This document shows, piece by piece, positions 11,555 through 23,738 of a DNA stretch of 64,000 nt; position 1 is the first letter of the stretch, and the number at the start of each line of letters is the position of its first letter. The translations under genes were made by a program, and so were the position numbers. Origin of the DNA: Williopsis jadinii (lineage: Eukaryota). Under the pieces are notes generated by a model. It was not told the origin of the DNA, did not search any database, and saw only the letters and a program-made list of their open reading frames with translations. The stretch is taken from assembly GCA_024346625.1 (NCBI GenBank), contig AP024664.1, positions 1,984,001 to 2,048,000 on the forward strand. Direction: 5' to 3'.

Positions 11555-11945
11555 TTCAATGCTCTGATTGAGTGTAAATCGCCAAAGGATCAAGACTTGT
11601 GTGCAAATCGGGTTATTCCCTCCCCTTTTGTGCAAGGTAAGCCTGTTTGTGTGTGATAGTGGTGATTAATTTTGAACGGGCGCTGGGCAGGCGGCGTGGG
11701 CCGGCGCGCTGAAAAGTTTATCCTCGGCCAGGCTACGATGAGTTTTCTGGGCGTGGAGTGGCGTGGAGTGGCTGGGAGTTCTGGCGTAAATTTCAGCACG
11801 GGCTGTACGGTATTCTGTGCCTGTGGGGAGGGCTGTTACTGGACGAGGGGTGCGTAAATGTCAGTACTAACATATGTAGGCTGTCTACGTACAGGTTGAT
11901 GGTGATGATGGTGTGTTGGTACGATAATCACGGCAATGGCAGCAG

Positions 11946-14204
11946 TCAGTGCTTCTTGACCACTCCAGAGGCATCGGCAGCTGCGAGGATGTACTTCTTA
12001 TAGTCGTAGATGGTTCCGTCGAACTTCTTCACGGTTCCACCCTCACTCACCCAGATCTCGTTGCATACACTGTCAATCACGGAAACATCGTGGGAAACCA
12101 TCAAGACACCACCCTTGAAGTTCCTGAGTGCATCGCTAAGGGCATCCAGACCCGCAGTATCCAAGTGGTTCGAAGGCTCATCCATGATGAGGATGTGTGG
12201 GTTGTTGAGACATAGAGAGGCAAAGGCAACACGGGACTTCTGACCACCAGAGAGCAGTTGCATCTTCTGGAGACCTAGCGTACCAGTGATACCAAACGAG
12301 CCCAGATGTCTTCTATACTCTTCATCTGTCTTTCCTGGGAAGGCCTTTGACATCCAGTCAACAGCAGACGTGGTCAGATCCATGGAGTCAACGTGGTGCT
12401 GAGCAAAGTAACCAATTCTCAAACGAGGGTTTTTGGTAACATATCCCTTCAGAGGTCTTAGCTTCTCCATCAAAACCTTCAAGAGTGTGGTCTTACCACA
12501 ACCGTTGGCACCGACAAGTGCGATACGTGAATCCATTTGGATGTCAAGATCAACGTTCTGTAACAGCAAATCCTCAGGGGTATAGCCAAATGAAACTTCT
12601 TGCAGTCTGATGATTGGTGGTGATAATACATCTGGGTCTGGGAACTTGAAAGTGATCACCTTATCCTCCTCTGGAGGCTGTAACACAGGTAATTTCTCCA
12701 ACTTCTTGATTCTCGATTGTGCTTCAGACGACTTGGCAGCATTGTATCTGTACTTATCGATAAAGGTTTGCAGATGCTGTCTGTAAGCCATTTGGTTCTC
12801 ATATTCACGCATCTCATTCTTGCGTCTCTCTTCTCTTGTGTTGTAGAAATTGTCGAAGTCTTGACCTCTGTAGTAATCCAGTCTCTCAGAGTGTTGATGA
12901 ATGATGTCAGTGGCAACTTCATTCAGGAAGGCACGATCGTGCGAAACCACCAAGACAGTAGCTGGGTAAGTCTGTAAGTAGTTTGCCAAAAATGTGATGG
13001 ATGGAACATCCAACATATTGGAAGGTTCATCCAATAACAACAGATCAGGTTTACAGAAAAGTGCTCTTGCTAATGACAATCTCATTCTCCAACCACCAGA
13101 GAAGGAGTTGGTTGGTTTCTGTTGTGACTCCTTTGTAAAACCCAAACCAAAGAGGATGGAAGCTGCTCTTGCCTCCGCCTTGTCGGATTCCATTTCAACC
13201 AATTTCTCTTCAATCTCTTGGAGATGCGTCTCCAAATCATCACGTTCGTTATCCAACTTCTTCACTTCCAAACTCTCTTCGTCGAACTCCTTCTTCAACT
13301 CCTCAATTTCTTGGATTCTATCTTGGTGTTTCTTCTCCTCGGACAACAACTGTTTTCTCCAAACGTCCGCATCCAACACACTTTGAATGGCACTTATTTC
13401 AGACCCGGTGATTTCTTGTTCAACGTGCAGAATAGTGATGTGCTTTGGAACGTTCAGCTCTCTTCTGGACAGTGCTCTCAGCAGCGTGGATTTACCTATA
13501 CCGTTTCTACCGACAAGACCATATCTATGTCCATAACTCAACGATAGGGAGGCATCGCTCAATATTCTCTGACCGTCACCAATGTACAGATCAAAAGTGT
13601 CAATCTTGATATCCTTAGATTTACCAGCACCGGATCCAAACTCAATCGGATTAATCTTCAAGAAGAACTCATCATAGTTGGCGTCTTCACTGGCATTGAG
13701 CAACTTGGAGGCTTCATATTTGACAAACTTGTTTGCGCGTTTAGCCACCTTGGCTGCAATCTTCTTCTCAGCTTTCTCCAACTTCTTCTTATCAACCTTA
13801 GATTCGACGTGTCTTCCGGCATGCTCGATGTCTCTAGAGACACCTAGCAGTGCAAGACTGGTGTTGATGTTCCTCTTGGAAGCGTGGTTCTTCAAGAGGT
13901 TCACGTCCAGCAGCCTCTTTGAAGTATCACCGGTCAGCTCCAACTTGGCCTGGTTCGACTTCAGCTCCTCCAGGAGCTTTGCAGACACAGACTGTGCCAG
14001 CTTATCAACTTTCGCAGCATCGCCGCCAGCGTTCTTCAACAAGTCCGATATGAAACCAACCTCCTCTTCAACGTCTAACTGCTGTGCAAACACAGAGTCC
14101 TCTGTAGCCTGGTGGATGTTGTTGATGTAACCGACAGCGTAGTCCGCAACAACAGGATCAATAGATGGAACCGCCTGGCGCACTTGAAGCCCAATGTTTG
14201 ACAT
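11946..14204 (-). CDS. GCN20: ABC-F family Gcn1 partner (752 aa)
   Basis: Two ABC cassettes (GRNGIGKS, SGGWRMR, GANGCGKT, LSGGQKSR) with no TM segments; Gcn20-like N-terminus. ATG MSNIG at 14204. Confidence 0.93.
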   Translation of the reverse strand: MSNIGLQVRQAVPSIDPVVADYAVGYINNIHQATEDSVFAQQLDVEEEVGFISDLLKNAGGDAAKVDKLAQSVSAKLLEELKSNQAKLELTGDTSKRLLDVNLLKNHASKRNINTSLALLGVSRDIEHAGRHVESKVDKKKLEKAEKKIAAKVAKRANKFVKYEASKLLNASEDANYDEFFLKINPIEFGSGAGKSKDIKIDTFDLYIGDGQRILSDASLSLSYGHRYGLVGRNGIGKSTLLRALSRRELNVPKHITILHVEQEITGSEISAIQSVLDADVWRKQLLSEEKKHQDRIQEIEELKKEFDEESLEVKKLDNERDDLETHLQEIEEKLVEMESDKAEARAASILFGLGFTKESQQKPTNSFSGGWRMRLSLARALFCKPDLLLLDEPSNMLDVPSITFLANYLQTYPATVLVVSHDRAFLNEVATDIIHQHSERLDYYRGQDFDNFYNTREERRKNEMREYENQMAYRQHLQTFIDKYRYNAAKSSEAQSRIKKLEKLPVLQPPEEDKVITFKFPDPDVLSPPIIRLQEVSFGYTPEDLLLQNVDLDIQMDSRIALVGANGCGKTTLLKVLMEKLRPLKGYVTKNPRLRIGYFAQHHVDSMDLTTSAVDWMSKAFPGKTDEEYRRHLGSFGITGTLGLQKMQLLSGGQKSRVAFASLCLNNPHILIMDEPSNHLDTAGLDALSDALRNFKGGVLMVSHDVSVIDSVCNEIWVSEGGTVKKFDGTIYDYKKYILAAADASGVVKKH

Positions 14205-14514
14205 TTTCCCTTCAGCTTTCAGATACAAACCAATGCTTTTAATACCACCGCTGCGTTGTAGAAATTGATATTGATGTTGAGGTTCATCGAAGCTGGGCCC
14301 AAACCGCCAAAGGAAAAAAAAAGAATAAAGTTTGAAAAAAGGAAAGTGGTGTCCGGGTTGCGCGAATATTTCCTCTTTTGATGTTATTTCCCGAAGAGGC
14401 AATATTCGCGACAAATCACCGATCAATTCATCAGTTCCCGATGGCTCATTTCCGTTGCAAAGAGCTCCATCAACTGCTTTGGAAAACACGCTCCACGGAC
14501 CTGTTCAGAAAGAA

Positions 14515-14835
14515 ATGGGCTTATTCTCTTCATCTTCCGACACTGCTACTGTTGCGCCAAACCGCTCGAAGCGTCAGGTGTGCTGGGACGCCCGTGACGA
14601 GTACCTCAACTGCTTGGAGAAGAACAACGTGCTGAACCCGTTCGAGGATAAGTATTCCAGCGTTATAAAGAAGGAGTGCGCCCAGCAGGAGAAGGAGTTC
14701 GAGTCCAAGTGCGTCAAGAGCTGGGTTCACTACTTCAAGGAGAAGTACGTTGTTGACTTGAAGAGGGAGAGATTCCTCAAGGACATGGAGGCGCAAGGTG
14801 GTCAACAGCTCCCCTTCCCTATTGATAGAAAATGA
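14515..14835 (+). CDS. COA6: Cytochrome c oxidase assembly / copper delivery factor (106 aa)
   Basis: MGLFS...PNRSKRQVCWDARDEYLNCL (CX9C)...CAQQEKEFESKC (CX10C) SWVHYF. Confidence 0.9.
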   Translation: MGLFSSSSDTATVAPNRSKRQVCWDARDEYLNCLEKNNVLNPFEDKYSSVIKKECAQQEKEFESKCVKSWVHYFKEKYVVDLKRERFLKDMEAQGGQQLPFPIDRK

Positions 14836-15261
14836 CCTCAGATATAGTATACCAATGGAGCAGCACTTGTACATACCGCATATATATCAATCCCACTACA
14901 ACTTTTACTCGGATTTGCACTGGTATAAAAGTAAAACAATCGTAAATTAGCCTCAAAGGAGTTAAAAAAGACAAAATCAAAGAGGAAGAGACCAAGATAA
15001 AGGGGAAGAACAAGGCCCTATGCACACATGAACATGATAAAAAGACGTTGTAATGGTGAAGCAGGAGTAGAGACAATAAAAAGAAGAAGCAGACGTAATT
15101 AATGATACAGAATACAACGATGCATGCGTGAAGGTGACCAAAAGATGAAGCTAATGATACGAATCATTAGAAGAAAGAGGAAAAAGGAGTGAATGTCTTC
15201 CATATATGCCTGTCATTTTGCGTGTGCGAATGGTAAAATGGGTACAATCATAAAGAGGTTC

Positions 15262-17355
15262 TTAAACACTTGCATACAAGTCGTCAACTTCCTTCTTGTT
15301 GGCCTCCAAGATCTTCTTTCTTTGCAACTTTTGAGCAGATGTGACAAAGCCATTCTGTGGGGTCCACTCTTCATCGACAAACACCAACCCTGCAATAATC
15401 TCAATACCAATCAAGCCTTGAGATTTGGCAGTTTCAACCATGGATTTGTGAACCTTACCAACAAACTTGGCATTTCTCAACACGTTGTGCAAATCATCAG
15501 ACTCTTTCGAGATGAACTTGTTCTCCAGTGCCAATTGACGAATTGCACCTTCATTTGGAACAACAATGGCAATTGGTTTGGCATGCAAGTTGTCAGCATA
15601 GCAACAGATGTTTGCAACGTAATGGTTTGAGCGATACACGGACTCCAGTTTCTCCAATGCAATGTATTCACCGTTCAAGGTCTTCACCAAGTTCTTCTTA
15701 CGGTCAATGATCTTCAACTGTCCTGTGCTTGTCCACTCACCGATATCACCACTCATGAACCAGCCTTCAGAGTTGAAAGCGGCCTTTGTCTCCTCCTCGT
15801 TCTTGAAATACTCTGGCATAACTGGGTAACCCTTAATCCAGATTTCACCTTGGTTGTTTTCAGCTTTGTAGCCGGCTTCTTCAACGTCAACCAACTTGAC
15901 CTGAATAGAGCCAGAAAGCGCACCTTGAACACCGATTTCAAACGCACCAGGTGAAACAACAGTGGTGTTAGCCACAGTTTCAGTCAAACCGTAACCGATA
16001 AGCATTGGTGCAAGTAAGTTGGTGATGAACAACTGAGTATCCTGTGACAATGGAGAACCACCGTTCAAGATGTAACGAAGACAACCACCGGTGGCAGCCT
16101 TGACCTTCTTGAATATAACGTGGTCAATGAGGTACGTGGAACCTGGGATCTTCCAACTCTTCGACTTGTAGTGGTAAGCAGCCCAGAACAGCTTCTGTGT
16201 GAAAGGTGGTTGTTTGGCCAACTGTGAGAGAATACCCTTCTTGATGGTTTCCCAAACAGCAGCAACACCAACCATGATAGTTGGTTTGAATTCCTTCATA
16301 TCACCAACACAGTTTCTCATGGATACATCCGAGAGAGTCTTGACTGTACCATAACCAATGATACCACCCCAGTAAAAGGCAATGAGTTCAAATGCTAATT
16401 CAAAGATATGTGCCAATGGCAAGAAGGCAATGATACGATCGCTCTCCAGAATGCAGTTACGGTTAGCGATGAAGGAGACACCAGCAATACCTGCAACGAT
16501 GTTGTCGTGTCTCAGGACAACACCCTTTGGATCACCAGTGGAACCGGATGTATACATGATACAGGACAAATCTGATGGCTTTGGCAAGGTTGGTTGGATA
16601 TCCTTTGCCTCTTTACCTATGGCGATCACCTCATCGTATGACACAATCTTGATATCTGGTCTAACCTTAAGGATCTCATCGTATCCCTTCTTGGCGTTGG
16701 CGTACAACTCCCCATTCTGTCTCTTGTCCTTTGGATCAATCTTTTCCGAGTGGATGACGAACTTGACGTTTGTGGCGGATTGCAATGGCTTCACCAAGTT
16801 CAACAAGAGTGAGTTGTCCGTGAAGATGGCTGCTGATTCTGTCTGAACCAAGGAGTGGGTCAAGCCCTTCTCACCCAAGGTGTCATAGGCCGTGACAACG
16901 GCTATGGCCTGGGTCTGAGCAGCCATAAACGTCTTCATCCACTTGTGCGAGGTGGCAGCAAAGATGTGCAGCTTGTCGGTGTTCCCTGGCTTCAAGCCGA
17001 GCTTCACCAACCCACGGCCGTACTCGTGCGCCAACTCAAACACCTCCTTATACGTCTGGTACTTGTAGCCGGAGAGCTCGTAGTAGAACCACGTCTTCTC
17101 AACCTCAACCTCCTCCCCGTCAACAACCTTCTTCACCATCTTCTTCTCCTTGTGGATGTCAATAACGTCTCTGAAACCCATACACTTGCGGTTGCCGCCT
17201 CTTTCAAACACCTCCGTGAGGAATTCGTAAACAGTGTTACACTTCAGCCCAAGTGGCCTCTTGATCGGCTCTTTGTTCTTCAAGTCCCCGTTGACACGAG
17301 GAGCCGTCTCGCCCTTGCGGGCCTCACCAATGGGAACGTTCACTAGACGGGCCAT
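15262..17355 (-). CDS. FAA1: Long-chain fatty acyl-CoA synthetase (Faa1/Faa4 ortholog, 697 aa)
   Basis: AMP-binding IMYTSGSTGDPKG, GYGLTE, GWFMSGDIG and IIDRKKNLVK motifs. Confidence 0.93.
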   Translation of the reverse strand: MARLVNVPIGEARKGETAPRVNGDLKNKEPIKRPLGLKCNTVYEFLTEVFERGGNRKCMGFRDVIDIHKEKKMVKKVVDGEEVEVEKTWFYYELSGYKYQTYKEVFELAHEYGRGLVKLGLKPGNTDKLHIFAATSHKWMKTFMAAQTQAIAVVTAYDTLGEKGLTHSLVQTESAAIFTDNSLLLNLVKPLQSATNVKFVIHSEKIDPKDKRQNGELYANAKKGYDEILKVRPDIKIVSYDEVIAIGKEAKDIQPTLPKPSDLSCIMYTSGSTGDPKGVVLRHDNIVAGIAGVSFIANRNCILESDRIIAFLPLAHIFELAFELIAFYWGGIIGYGTVKTLSDVSMRNCVGDMKEFKPTIMVGVAAVWETIKKGILSQLAKQPPFTQKLFWAAYHYKSKSWKIPGSTYLIDHVIFKKVKAATGGCLRYILNGGSPLSQDTQLFITNLLAPMLIGYGLTETVANTTVVSPGAFEIGVQGALSGSIQVKLVDVEEAGYKAENNQGEIWIKGYPVMPEYFKNEEETKAAFNSEGWFMSGDIGEWTSTGQLKIIDRKKNLVKTLNGEYIALEKLESVYRSNHYVANICCYADNLHAKPIAIVVPNEGAIRQLALENKFISKESDDLHNVLRNAKFVGKVHKSMVETAKSQGLIGIEIIAGLVFVDEEWTPQNGFVTSAQKLQRKKILEANKKEVDDLYASV

Positions 17356-18847
17356 ACTGTTCAGAATGCGTCGATGTGATCTTCTTTAGCAGATACTTAG
17401 CCTATACGGAACAGGGGGTAGAAACTAAGCAGAAGAGGAGGGAAGGCGAGACAGAAGAGAGGAAAATTATTTGTCAAACTTCGGCAAGTTGTTGATCATA
17501 AGCTGACGCAGGCGAGTCCAACGCCTAAAAAGCCCAAAAAAAAAAGCAAAGGAATCTTTCCGTCTGCGCATTTCTGCCTAGAACTCGGACAATAAGCAGA
17601 AAAAACACACGCACACACGCACACAACGGACAGGCCCTAAAAGAACCCATCGCTCCCGCCTACGAGGCACAGGCACAGCACAGCACAGCGCAACGGGACG
17701 GATTCCACGGCGGGTTGCTGGTTTACAATGGGAGCCCACAACGAGCACTGAGAACAATCCAGTCGGGACGCTGAGCCACTCTGTGGTGGACGCTTCTCGT
17801 TTACCTCTGATTGTTGGATTTCTTGTGCTGTTGACCTCGGAGCGGGTGCGCTGAAGAGCCAGTGCGTGTAACGCGGTCAGCGTCTCTGGACAGGAGGCAA
17901 CCTTGGCTGAAGGTTTTGGCCAGCGTCATTGTTTCCGTGGTGTGTGTGGGGTGATGGTGGTGAGCTTCCTTACGTCGGGGATCGGATGATGTCTTAGCGA
18001 TGTCTTAGAGGTCTTAGCGAGGCCTCAGCGAGGCCTCGTGAGGATCCAAGTCAGTGGTCTCTCTCTATCTCTCGCCCTGTTTATTACTGGGGCTGTAGGG
18101 CAGCGGTGACGGCGTTTCGAGCGCGCACCCGCCCCGGTGTGCTTAGAGCCTCTGTGCGTGTCCCTAACCGCGGCGCCATAACAACGAAGAAAGTTTGTTT
18201 GACACAAAACCGCTCGCGGTCTCCACCTCGCTGACACAAATCCAATGCCATGGGACAAAATGCAGGCATGGCTAGGATCCCGGTGCCGGAACCAGAAGGA
18301 CACGCAACGCCAACATCAGAGGCGAGCACCAAGAGAGTGGGAGGACACAGTGAATCGTGGGGAGAAGGAGGTCCTTCTCCTCAATTGATGATGTCATGAA
18401 GCCTATCAGGGTGGGACTGGGGAGAGAAAGCGCTGGAAGAGCGCTACAGCTGGGGAGGCCAGCGCTACAGCAGCGGAGGCCAGCGCAAAATGGCGCCATT
18501 GGAATTATATACGAGCTAAGGCAACAGTGAGCTGTTTGAAATTCGCGGACAAACCAACAGAGACATTCGCACGCTGTGTGCCCATTTCCCTCTGATTCCA
18601 ACAGGACGGAGCGTGGTTTCTTTTTCTTTTTCTTTTTCTCCGTACCTACACCGAGTAAGGTTTTTGTTGGGTATTGCCGCTCTTGGCACTCTGCACGGTA
18701 CCCAACAAAAAAACACACATACGCACACACGTCAACCTCGGAGGTCTTCTGGTTGGCGCACGCCAGGGACATTGGCGCTCGGGAAGAGAAGGCACAGGCG
18801 CAAAATGGGTGAGGCCCATCGGGCTTTTCCCCAGGGTCGGTGGGGCC

Positions 18848-18915
18848 ACACCACACCCGCACACCCATCGGTCCCAACACCCGCACACCCGCAAACACCC
18901 ACAAACACCCACACC
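18848..18915. promoter_or_regulatory. Cluster of six ACACCC motifs (Rap1-like / telomere-like CA tract)
   Basis: ACACCC at 18853, 18861, 18877, 18885, 18895 and 18905 in the FAA1/CLD1 divergent intergenic region. Confidence 0.45.
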
Positions 18916-19216
18916 TCACAGAGAGAATCCCAACGCTCTTAAAAACGCACGATCGTGGGCCACATGCGCAACCTGCAACACCGGCCTCTCAGCCCAAAAA
19001 AAAACGTTGTGAGTGCTGATCTGTCTCAGCGTTGAAACATTTGGTTTGGCTTACTGTTAGCTCATCATCGTTGCCGTCCGTTGCAAGTGAAGTGGTTTAA
19101 AACTGCGTTTCAACACCCACCGCTTGCCTTTTTTGGATGTGTTTTGGCTTCTCTCCGAGAATTTGACAAGGTGTCAACGGCCAAGTTTGCGGAAATAGCG
19201 TTCGAGAGCAGGAACA

Positions 19217-19315
19217 ATGTTGCGTCTTAAGCTGTCCAACCTGCTGAAGACGGTTCAAACGCTGGCGTCTGGGGTTGTTTCTCGAGGCTCCACGTCGTTG
19301 TCGTATTCGAAGCCA

Positions 19316-19348
<33 letters not shown>

Positions 19349-20467
19349 GCGTGCAATGCAGATGCTAAACACCCACATGGCTATAGGAGGCCTACGGCCC
19401 CTACAGCTCTTCCTCTGTACAAGATCATCACCACCAAGTTGTTCCCGATGAGCGCCAGTGAATCATTCCAGCATTGGAAGTCGAGACATCTCCTCGACGA
19501 TGCGCAGTGGGACCTTTTACAGCTCTTGTCGTTGCCCAATAGAGACCTGGAGGTTGTCAAGACTGCCATAGGAAGAGGAAACACCATGAATGAAGTGTGC
19601 ATAACACCAAGGAATGTCACAGATCCTGCGAAGCTGAACCACTTTGTTCTGATACACGGGTACGGTGCTGGCCTGGGATTCTTCTTGAAGAACTTTGAGG
19701 CGATCTCTCAAAATGATAACTGGTGTATCCATGCCTTAGATTTACCTGGTTACGGCTGCTCTTCAAGGCCTGTGTTTGACAGATCCATACCACTGGAAAA
19801 CTATTTCATAGACTCGCTCGAGAAGTGGAGAAGTGAAAGAAACATCGACTCGATGCTGATGTGCTCCCACTCGCTGGGTGCGTACCTCTCGGTTCTATAC
19901 ACAATGAAGTACCCCAACGCTGTGAAGAAGTTGCTGTGCATATCACCGGCTGGGATATATAGACCACCACAGCCTCCGGGTGAGATTCCAGCATGGTTTG
20001 ATTGGCTGTGGGAACAGAATGTGTCACCATTCTCGCTGGTGAGGAACTCTGGGCCATTTGGAAGCATGATCACCTCCGGCTGGACGTCCCGTAGATTCGC
20101 CAAACTGACACAGGAAGAACGTGAAAGGCTTCACAGGTATACCTATGCCATCTTCAACGCCAGAGGCTCAGGAGAGTACTACATGCCACAGATCTTGGGT
20201 GCTGGAGCTGTGGCCAAAGTTCCACTGGTGGATAAGATCCAGAACGCCAGCTGTGACATAGCATGGGTCTATGGTGATGACGATTGGATGCCAAAGGAAG
20301 GAGGAGTTGAATGCTCCAAGATCATCAACTCACAAACTGCCCATAGCTCTGAGTTCCTGGTTATGGAGAACTGTGGTCACCATATATACCTGGATAACTA
20401 CCCACGGTTTAACGAGTACGTGCTTTCTGAAATGAAAAGATACGAGAAGAAATATTCAAGTCATTGA
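19217..20467 (+). CDS. CLD1: Cardiolipin-specific deacylase, alpha/beta hydrolase (416 aa)
   Basis: Basic/Ser-rich mitochondrial-type N-terminus; IHGYGAGLGFF, WCIHALDLPGYG, SHSLG nucleophile elbow and HHIYLD (HX4D). Confidence 0.85.
19316..19348. repeat. (TCG)11 microsatellite encoding poly-Ser in the CLD1 N-terminus
   Basis: Perfect TCG run. Confidence 0.95.
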
Positions 20468-20554
20468 CGACATATCAAACTAAAGGACTACATACATATA
20501 TATTGCACTCTAGACACATACCATTTAATGACACGTGCTTCGTTATGATGACAT

Positions 20555-23488
20555 CTATAACAAGACTAGCTGTGCTTTCCGTTTACCAACGCTTTGGTCC
20601 AATATTGACTTGACCTCGACTTTAACTTGGTCAAACACTGCAACAGTTCTCTGATGTTTACCGTCCTGCGTGGTGAATGTCAACTGGTACTTGTCTTCCT
20701 CGAAGTTAACACTCTCAACGTGGGATGTCAAATCATCAAGCTTGATCAGACTCTCAACACCAAACTTCGGAACAAGAACAACAACACCGTTACTAAACAC
20801 TCTAATGACGTAGCCAGTTTCAACACTCTCATTGTTCTTCATAACCTGTCCAACGTAGTATTCGATACTGGCCCTTCCAGCAAATTGTGCGTTTCTATGT
20901 CTCTTGTTCAGGTTCTTACAGATGGTCTCCATCTTGGACTTGTCACGGTGTCCCAGGTCTAAAGGTTCGTAACCAATGGCACCAGCCAACTGACGATGCG
21001 CAACCACATCACAGTAACGACGAATTGGTGAGGTGAAATGGGTGTAGATATCAACTGCAAGTCCATAGTGTCTAAACTCAGGGTATCCATACGAGCCAGA
21101 GGAGAAGTATTCAGCAGCAGTCATCGCACGCGTAGACATGATACGTAACAGAGTGTTGAAGTATTCATCATTTGGATCGACACAACGGTCCAAGGAGTCC
21201 GCAAGTGCCTTCGATGACTCTATAGAGATGGCCATGTTCTTACGAACCCTCAACATGTCGTTCAACTTCTCAAAATTGGTTGCTGGTGGTGAGTTGTGAC
21301 GACGCAACATTGCGGTCTGAGGGTATTCGGAGTAGATCTTACGAGCAACAGAGATGTTGGCTAGCAGCATGAACTCCTCAACGAGAGAATTTGTCTCGAA
21401 GAGTTTCTTGATCTCCACCTCGCCAGGGTCAGATGTCTCACTATCCATATGGACCTTCACCTCAGGGGATGCCAAGTTCAAAGCACCAGCATCCAATCTC
21501 TTCTGCTTCAGTTTCTTCGAAAGCCTTAAAAGTGCTCTCATGCCCTTTGTCAAGTCATCCTGCTGAGATTTATCATCAATACGCAATTGAGCTTGTTCGT
21601 ACGAAAACGCCTCACGAGACTTGATGATGGACTTGTTGAACTCGACATTCACAATGTTGGCATCATCATCGAGTTCCCAAATACAACTGAAGGAAAATCT
21701 CTCCACATATGGCTTCAAAGAACAAAGATCAGTACCCAAGAGCATTGGAAGCATATCAATTCTCTTATCGACGAGATACACAGATGTGGCTCTCGAGGCA
21801 CCTTCAGCATCGAGTGGTGTACCTGGTTTTACAAAATGCGTGACATCAGCAATGTGCACACCAACTTCCCAGTTACCGTTTGGTAACTGTTGTGCGTGAA
21901 GTGCATCATCGATATCAACACATCCTGGAGGGTCGATACTGCAAACAAGCTTATCCCTAAAGTCCTTTCTCTTTGGAAGTAGGGGATCCTTGCGCAAGAC
22001 TTCTGCGTCTTGAAGGTCTTTAGGAACCACCCAATCGTGTCCTTCTGGTGGGAGACAGTCCAACACGGATTTCGAGAATGGTCTATATTCAACATCGTGC
22101 TCCAGCAACAGGGCTTCAGTCTCAGCCTCGACTGATTCTGATTCACCCAGACATTTGACGAAGTGACCCTCTGGATGGTTCGAAGTCGTTGGCCACGAGT
22201 CAATAGCAACAACAATCTTTTGGCCCAGCAGTTCGTTTGCCCGACGAGTTCTAATACGGACTCTTGGTAGAGTTCTATCCATCAGTTTGACAAAGCATGA
22301 CTTGGCAGAGTTGGAGGTATTCTTGGAGACGGAATTTTGAACGATTTGTCCTACGTAAAGTCTCCATGATCTCTTCACAATCCCAACAACACGGCCTGTT
22401 GGTTGCACCTCTGATGAGTCATTCTGTGTGTCGATAGCGTCCTGTGTTAACAAGCGACGTTCCCTGTCGGAGATCTGGGTATCCTCATTGTTTGGATCTT
22501 CATTTGTATTGAGCTTCTCATCGTCAATGATCATGGTTGAAGGTTTTTTCCATTGCGACTTAGGCAGAAGCTCCACAACGACCTGGTCACCGTTGAAGGC
22601 TCTGTTGAGGTTCGCAGAGCCAATGAGCAAAAGTGGCTTCGGTAACGATGCCACCTTAATTTCGCCTTCTAGGAAGTTATACGATGAGATGTTGACGCTT
22701 CCTTGGTAGAGGGTACCGTTCTTCAGCCCTCCAAGTATACGTGAGGTTGTATAATGGTTTTCAAAGAAGTGCTCAACCTTTTCTCTCTGTTTGAATTCTT
22801 CAGTAGGAATCAAATCTCTCAGTTCTGAGCAGTTTGGATGCAGCTCAACGTACTCGTGCAAGTTCTTTGTGGTGATATTGCTCTTCACTGCGCTCTCCTT
22901 GTTCAATCTGTCGTTAGTCACGAGAACGATGTTGATGCCAGAGGACTGTAGATGCTCCTGATACCACGTGCAGAGCTGACGTATGGCCCTGTCGTTTCTA
23001 TCGTTTATGGATTCGGAGTCCAACCTCTTGACGTAGGTCTCCTCACAGAACTCGTTGTGGAACACGATGAATCTCTTCTCATTATCCTGGCACAGGGTTC
23101 TGATTCTGTTGTAGATTGGGAAACTCTTATTGCGGACCTCGTCGAGAACGGTCTGTGGTACAATCACGTCAAAGAAGATCTGGTTGTTCTCAAGCAGGTC
23201 AATGGCCTGGAGGATGATGTTTGTATCGACAACGACGTAGTGACGGCCAACCTCCTTCAGGCTCAGAGGCTCGGGGCTCAAGATGAACTTCGGGAGCTGG
23301 CCATTGGCGTCCGGAGCAACAAGCTCACCACATCTCTGGCATGCCCTTGACAGACATGGAATGTCGTTTCTCAGATAGTGTTCCCTAACAATCTTGGACG
23401 CATTTCCGTTTCTTGACCTCACAAACACCTTCGACGTCACAGTGAGGCCTTCGCTGAGTCTCTTCTTACCGACAACAGGGCTCGCCAT
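20555..23488 (-). CDS. DIS3: Exosome catalytic subunit Dis3/Rrp44 (977 aa)
   Basis: CR3/PIN domain ([14 protein letters not shown]), RNB motif [26 protein letters not shown]. Confidence 0.97.
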   Translation of the reverse strand: MASPVVGKKRLSEGLTVTSKVFVRSRNGNASKIVREHYLRNDIPCLSRACQRCGELVAPDANGQLPKFILSPEPLSLKEVGRHYVVVDTNIILQAIDLLENNQIFFDVIVPQTVLDEVRNKSFPIYNRIRTLCQDNEKRFIVFHNEFCEETYVKRLDSESINDRNDRAIRQLCTWYQEHLQSSGINIVLVTNDRLNKESAVKSNITTKNLHEYVELHPNCSELRDLIPTEEFKQREKVEHFFENHYTTSRILGGLKNGTLYQGSVNISSYNFLEGEIKVASLPKPLLLIGSANLNRAFNGDQVVVELLPKSQWKKPSTMIIDDEKLNTNEDPNNEDTQISDRERRLLTQDAIDTQNDSSEVQPTGRVVGIVKRSWRLYVGQIVQNSVSKNTSNSAKSCFVKLMDRTLPRVRIRTRRANELLGQKIVVAIDSWPTTSNHPEGHFVKCLGESESVEAETEALLLEHDVEYRPFSKSVLDCLPPEGHDWVVPKDLQDAEVLRKDPLLPKRKDFRDKLVCSIDPPGCVDIDDALHAQQLPNGNWEVGVHIADVTHFVKPGTPLDAEGASRATSVYLVDKRIDMLPMLLGTDLCSLKPYVERFSFSCIWELDDDANIVNVEFNKSIIKSREAFSYEQAQLRIDDKSQQDDLTKGMRALLRLSKKLKQKRLDAGALNLASPEVKVHMDSETSDPGEVEIKKLFETNSLVEEFMLLANISVARKIYSEYPQTAMLRRHNSPPATNFEKLNDMLRVRKNMAISIESSKALADSLDRCVDPNDEYFNTLLRIMSTRAMTAAEYFSSGSYGYPEFRHYGLAVDIYTHFTSPIRRYCDVVAHRQLAGAIGYEPLDLGHRDKSKMETICKNLNKRHRNAQFAGRASIEYYVGQVMKNNESVETGYVIRVFSNGVVVLVPKFGVESLIKLDDLTSHVESVNFEEDKYQLTFTTQDGKHQRTVAVFDQVKVEVKSILDQSVGKRKAQLVLL

Positions 23489-23738
23489 TGCTGAGATGAA
23501 AGCCTTTGATGATGTTTATTTGCCTCCGCTGGTTTTGTAAGTGAAGGAGCATCTCATCTCTGCCTAACGCTGTGAAAAAAAAAAGCATTTGGGCACAAGA
23601 AAAATTTGCCCTTTGGGACTTTTGGAGTGCTTAGTCAGCAGACGGTGTTGTGCTTAGTCATCGGAAAGTGCACAGGTTGTGGTGTACGGATGATTGTGAA
23701 ACCACGTCGGATTTATGTATGGTTTCGACTTTGCAGAC

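Noticed and set aside
14205..14514. N-terminal extensions in the ORF track for GCN20, COA6 and others (RNA14, SAS2, RAD5, DLT1, PSG1)
   Set aside because: They start at TTG or GTG within promoter DNA; homology begins at the downstream ATG used in the feature list.
18025..19012. Multiple 60-215 aa ORFs in the FAA1/CLD1 intergenic
   Set aside because: They arise from GC-rich and low-complexity sequence and have no protein-like features.
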